From NCBI RefSeq assembly GCF_006345805.1, contig NW_021834595.1, positions 1 through 47,849 of the forward strand: 47,849 nt of DNA. Reading direction: 5' to 3'. Shown here piece by piece: positions 46,040 to 47,849 of the stretch; position 1 is the first letter of the stretch; each line of letters begins with the position of its first letter. Under the pieces are notes generated by a model. That model searched no databases. It saw nothing but the letters and a program-made list of their open reading frames with translations, and was not told the origin of the DNA. This DNA comes from Octopus sinensis (lineage: Eukaryota). Made by a program: the position numbers and the translations under genes.

Positions 46040-46205
46040 GGGAGAATTCATGAAAAAAGCAAAAGATGAAGACAGGTGGTGTATAAAACAAACAGATGTA
46101 TTAGTATAACACTCAGGAAATTGAAAAAGTCTTTTACGTTTCGAGCCTATGCTCTTCTACAGAAAGGTACACAGAAAAAAACAAGGAGTGAAAAAAAATG
46201 TGTGT
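46040..46205 (-). mobile_element. Penelope-like terminal-repeat remnant (CTGTAGA hammerhead-like variant)
   Basis: Minus strand CTGTAGA-A-GAGC-ATAG-GCTC-GAAA-CGT. Confidence 0.45.
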
Positions 46206-46278
46206 AGTGGCTACCAATCTATCATGGCGACTGCCAGACAGAAGAGTCACACAGGAGAGCAAAGAAGTAGAGGAGATA

Positions 46279-46321
<43 letters not shown>

Positions 46322-46325
<4 letters not shown>

Positions 46326-46559
46326 GTTGGTGTATAATTATTGTGGTTATTTTTTTCAAAAAATTTTAGTCAACAAAAACAATAGCAACATGTAACAAAA
46401 ACATGTTTAAATTATTATTCCGGAGCATATTCACCATCTACCTCAATTACTGTTTCCCATTTGCTTGGCAGATGGTCAGACCGTCATTTAAAGATGTTTT
46501 TGTTAAATATTGTTATTGTTTATGTTGAAAAAAGCCGCAATAATTATGCACCAACCCAA
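46322..46559. mobile_element. mariner-derived MITE
   Basis: TIR TTGGGTTGGTG(T/C)ATAATTATTG(T/C)GG resembling Hsmar1-type ITRs; TA at both ends; transposase C-terminal remnant LPSKWETVIEVDGEYAPE* (46471-46415, minus). Confidence 0.85.
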
Positions 46560-46609
46560 TATATATATACATATATAGATAGATAGATAGATAGATAGAT
46601 ATAGATATA

Positions 46610-46913
46610 TTGTTTGTGCCTTCTCAAGCCATGCCTGGCTCATAAGGGCCGGTTTCCCAGTTTCCTTGGTGTATAAATTCCCCACCTGGACGGGACGCCG
46701 GTCCGTCGCAAGTGAGCTGCAAGATGCAGGAGGAAAGAGTGAGAGAAAGTTGTGGCAAAAGTGTCAGCAGAATTTCGCCATTACCTTTTGCCAGAGCCGT
46801 GTGGAGCTTAGATGTTTCGCTCATAAACACACACATCATCCGGTCTGGGATTCGAACCCGCGATCCCTTGACCATAAGTCCTCTGCTCTAGCCACTAGGC
46901 CATGTGCCTCCAC
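46610..46913 (-). mobile_element. SINE with D-like head and a third tail type (D3)
   Basis: Head GGCACATGGCCTAGTGGCTAGAGC..GGGTTCGAATCCC; tail GAAACCGGCCCTTATGAGCC. Confidence 0.7.
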
Positions 46914-46961
46914 TGATATCATCATTGTTTAACGTCCGTTCTCCATGCTAGCATGGGTGGA

Positions 46962-46999
<38 letters not shown>

Positions 47000-47049
47000 T
47001 TATATATATATATTATATAAATATATTATATATATATATATAATATATA

Positions 47050-47081
<32 letters not shown>

Positions 47082-47242
47082 CATAATATATATACATATG
47101 CATATACATGCATACATTCTTTCACTTGTTTCAGTCATTTTGACTGTGGCCATGCTGGGGCACCACCGATTAATCGAAAAAGTTGACCCCTGGACTTATT
47201 CTTTGTAAGCCTGGTACTTATTCGATCAATCTCTTTTCCGGG

Positions 47243-47353
47243 ATGCCTTTATCTCTACTAAGTATAGATGCAGATGTGTTACCTAAGATTAATTTTGAGG
47301 ATCTCATCAAAGACTTCGCAACTCAAAAATGTGAGAGGAAACTTTTCAAATAA
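47243..47353 (+). pseudogene. hAT transposase C-terminal (dimerisation-domain-like) remnant
   Basis: LSLLSIDADVLPKINFEDLIKDFATQKCERK* resembles the LSIE..L..IDF.D.I..FA..K.R end of hAT/ZMYM1-like transposases. Confidence 0.65.
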
Positions 47354-47634
47354 AAATAAAATACAAAAATACAAAAATAAACATTATTTTCCCTCTAACT
47401 GTTTTGTTTGGCTTTGAAAAATAAAAATTCATTTTATGGTTTGTTATTGTTTATATTCTGATTTTCATAATCTTTTATGGGGACACCAAAATCATAGCCC
47501 CTTCGGTGCCTTACATGTGTATAAAATATATAGAAAATATAATATATCAGAGTATAAAATATGATAGAGTAATATGTTGTAGGGTTTATAAAATAAAATA
47601 TATTTGAATGTATATATATATATATATATATAGG

Positions 47635-47800
47635 GGGAGAGTTCACAAAAAAAGAAACAAAAGACGAAGACAGGTGGTTTAGAAAACAAACAGATGTATT
47701 AGTATAACGCTCAGGAACTGAAAAAGTCTTTAACATTTCGAGCCTACGCTCTTCTACAGAAAGGACACAGAATGAAACAAGGAGAGAAACAATGAGAGAA
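47635..47800 (-). mobile_element. Penelope-like terminal-repeat remnant (CTGTAGA variant)
   Basis: Homologous to 46040-46205 and 29380-29537. Confidence 0.45.
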
Positions 47801-47849
47801 ACCAGGATGACACATATGTTTGTTAATCCTCATCATCATCATCATCATC

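Overview
This is AT-rich, microsatellite-saturated eukaryotic (animal) intronic or intergenic DNA. The SINE families and repeat landscape look like an octopus genome (my recognition, not checked). I can support no intact protein-coding gene: the listed ORFs are almost all translations of microsatellites, SINEs or tandem repeats. The window is dominated by (1) several tRNA-derived SINE families, many in tandem arrays; (2) decayed LINE 3' ends (RTE, CR1-like, Tx1/L1-like); (3) non-autonomous Helitrons, including an 11-unit head-to-tail array at 11.0-15.4 kb and a probable 4-unit array at 30.2-32.2 kb; (4) Tc1/mariner, hAT and piggyBac-type MITEs with target-site duplications (TSDs). The most notable hidden signal is a set of unrelated foldback (inverted-repeat) elements, mostly embedded in (TA)n, whose arms carry outward-facing type I hammerhead ribozyme (HHR) folds: 16.7-17.1, 17.4-17.7 and 29.6-29.8 kb, and degenerate at 2.3-3.5 and 29.9-30.1 kb. 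These are probably Penelope-like/retrozyme-related, and several share a non-canonical U.U at the base of stem II. Also notable are a Nin-type SINE that multimerises through a fixed junction and two SINE-LINE tail matches visible within the window. A few isolated exon candidates are weak and unassigned.
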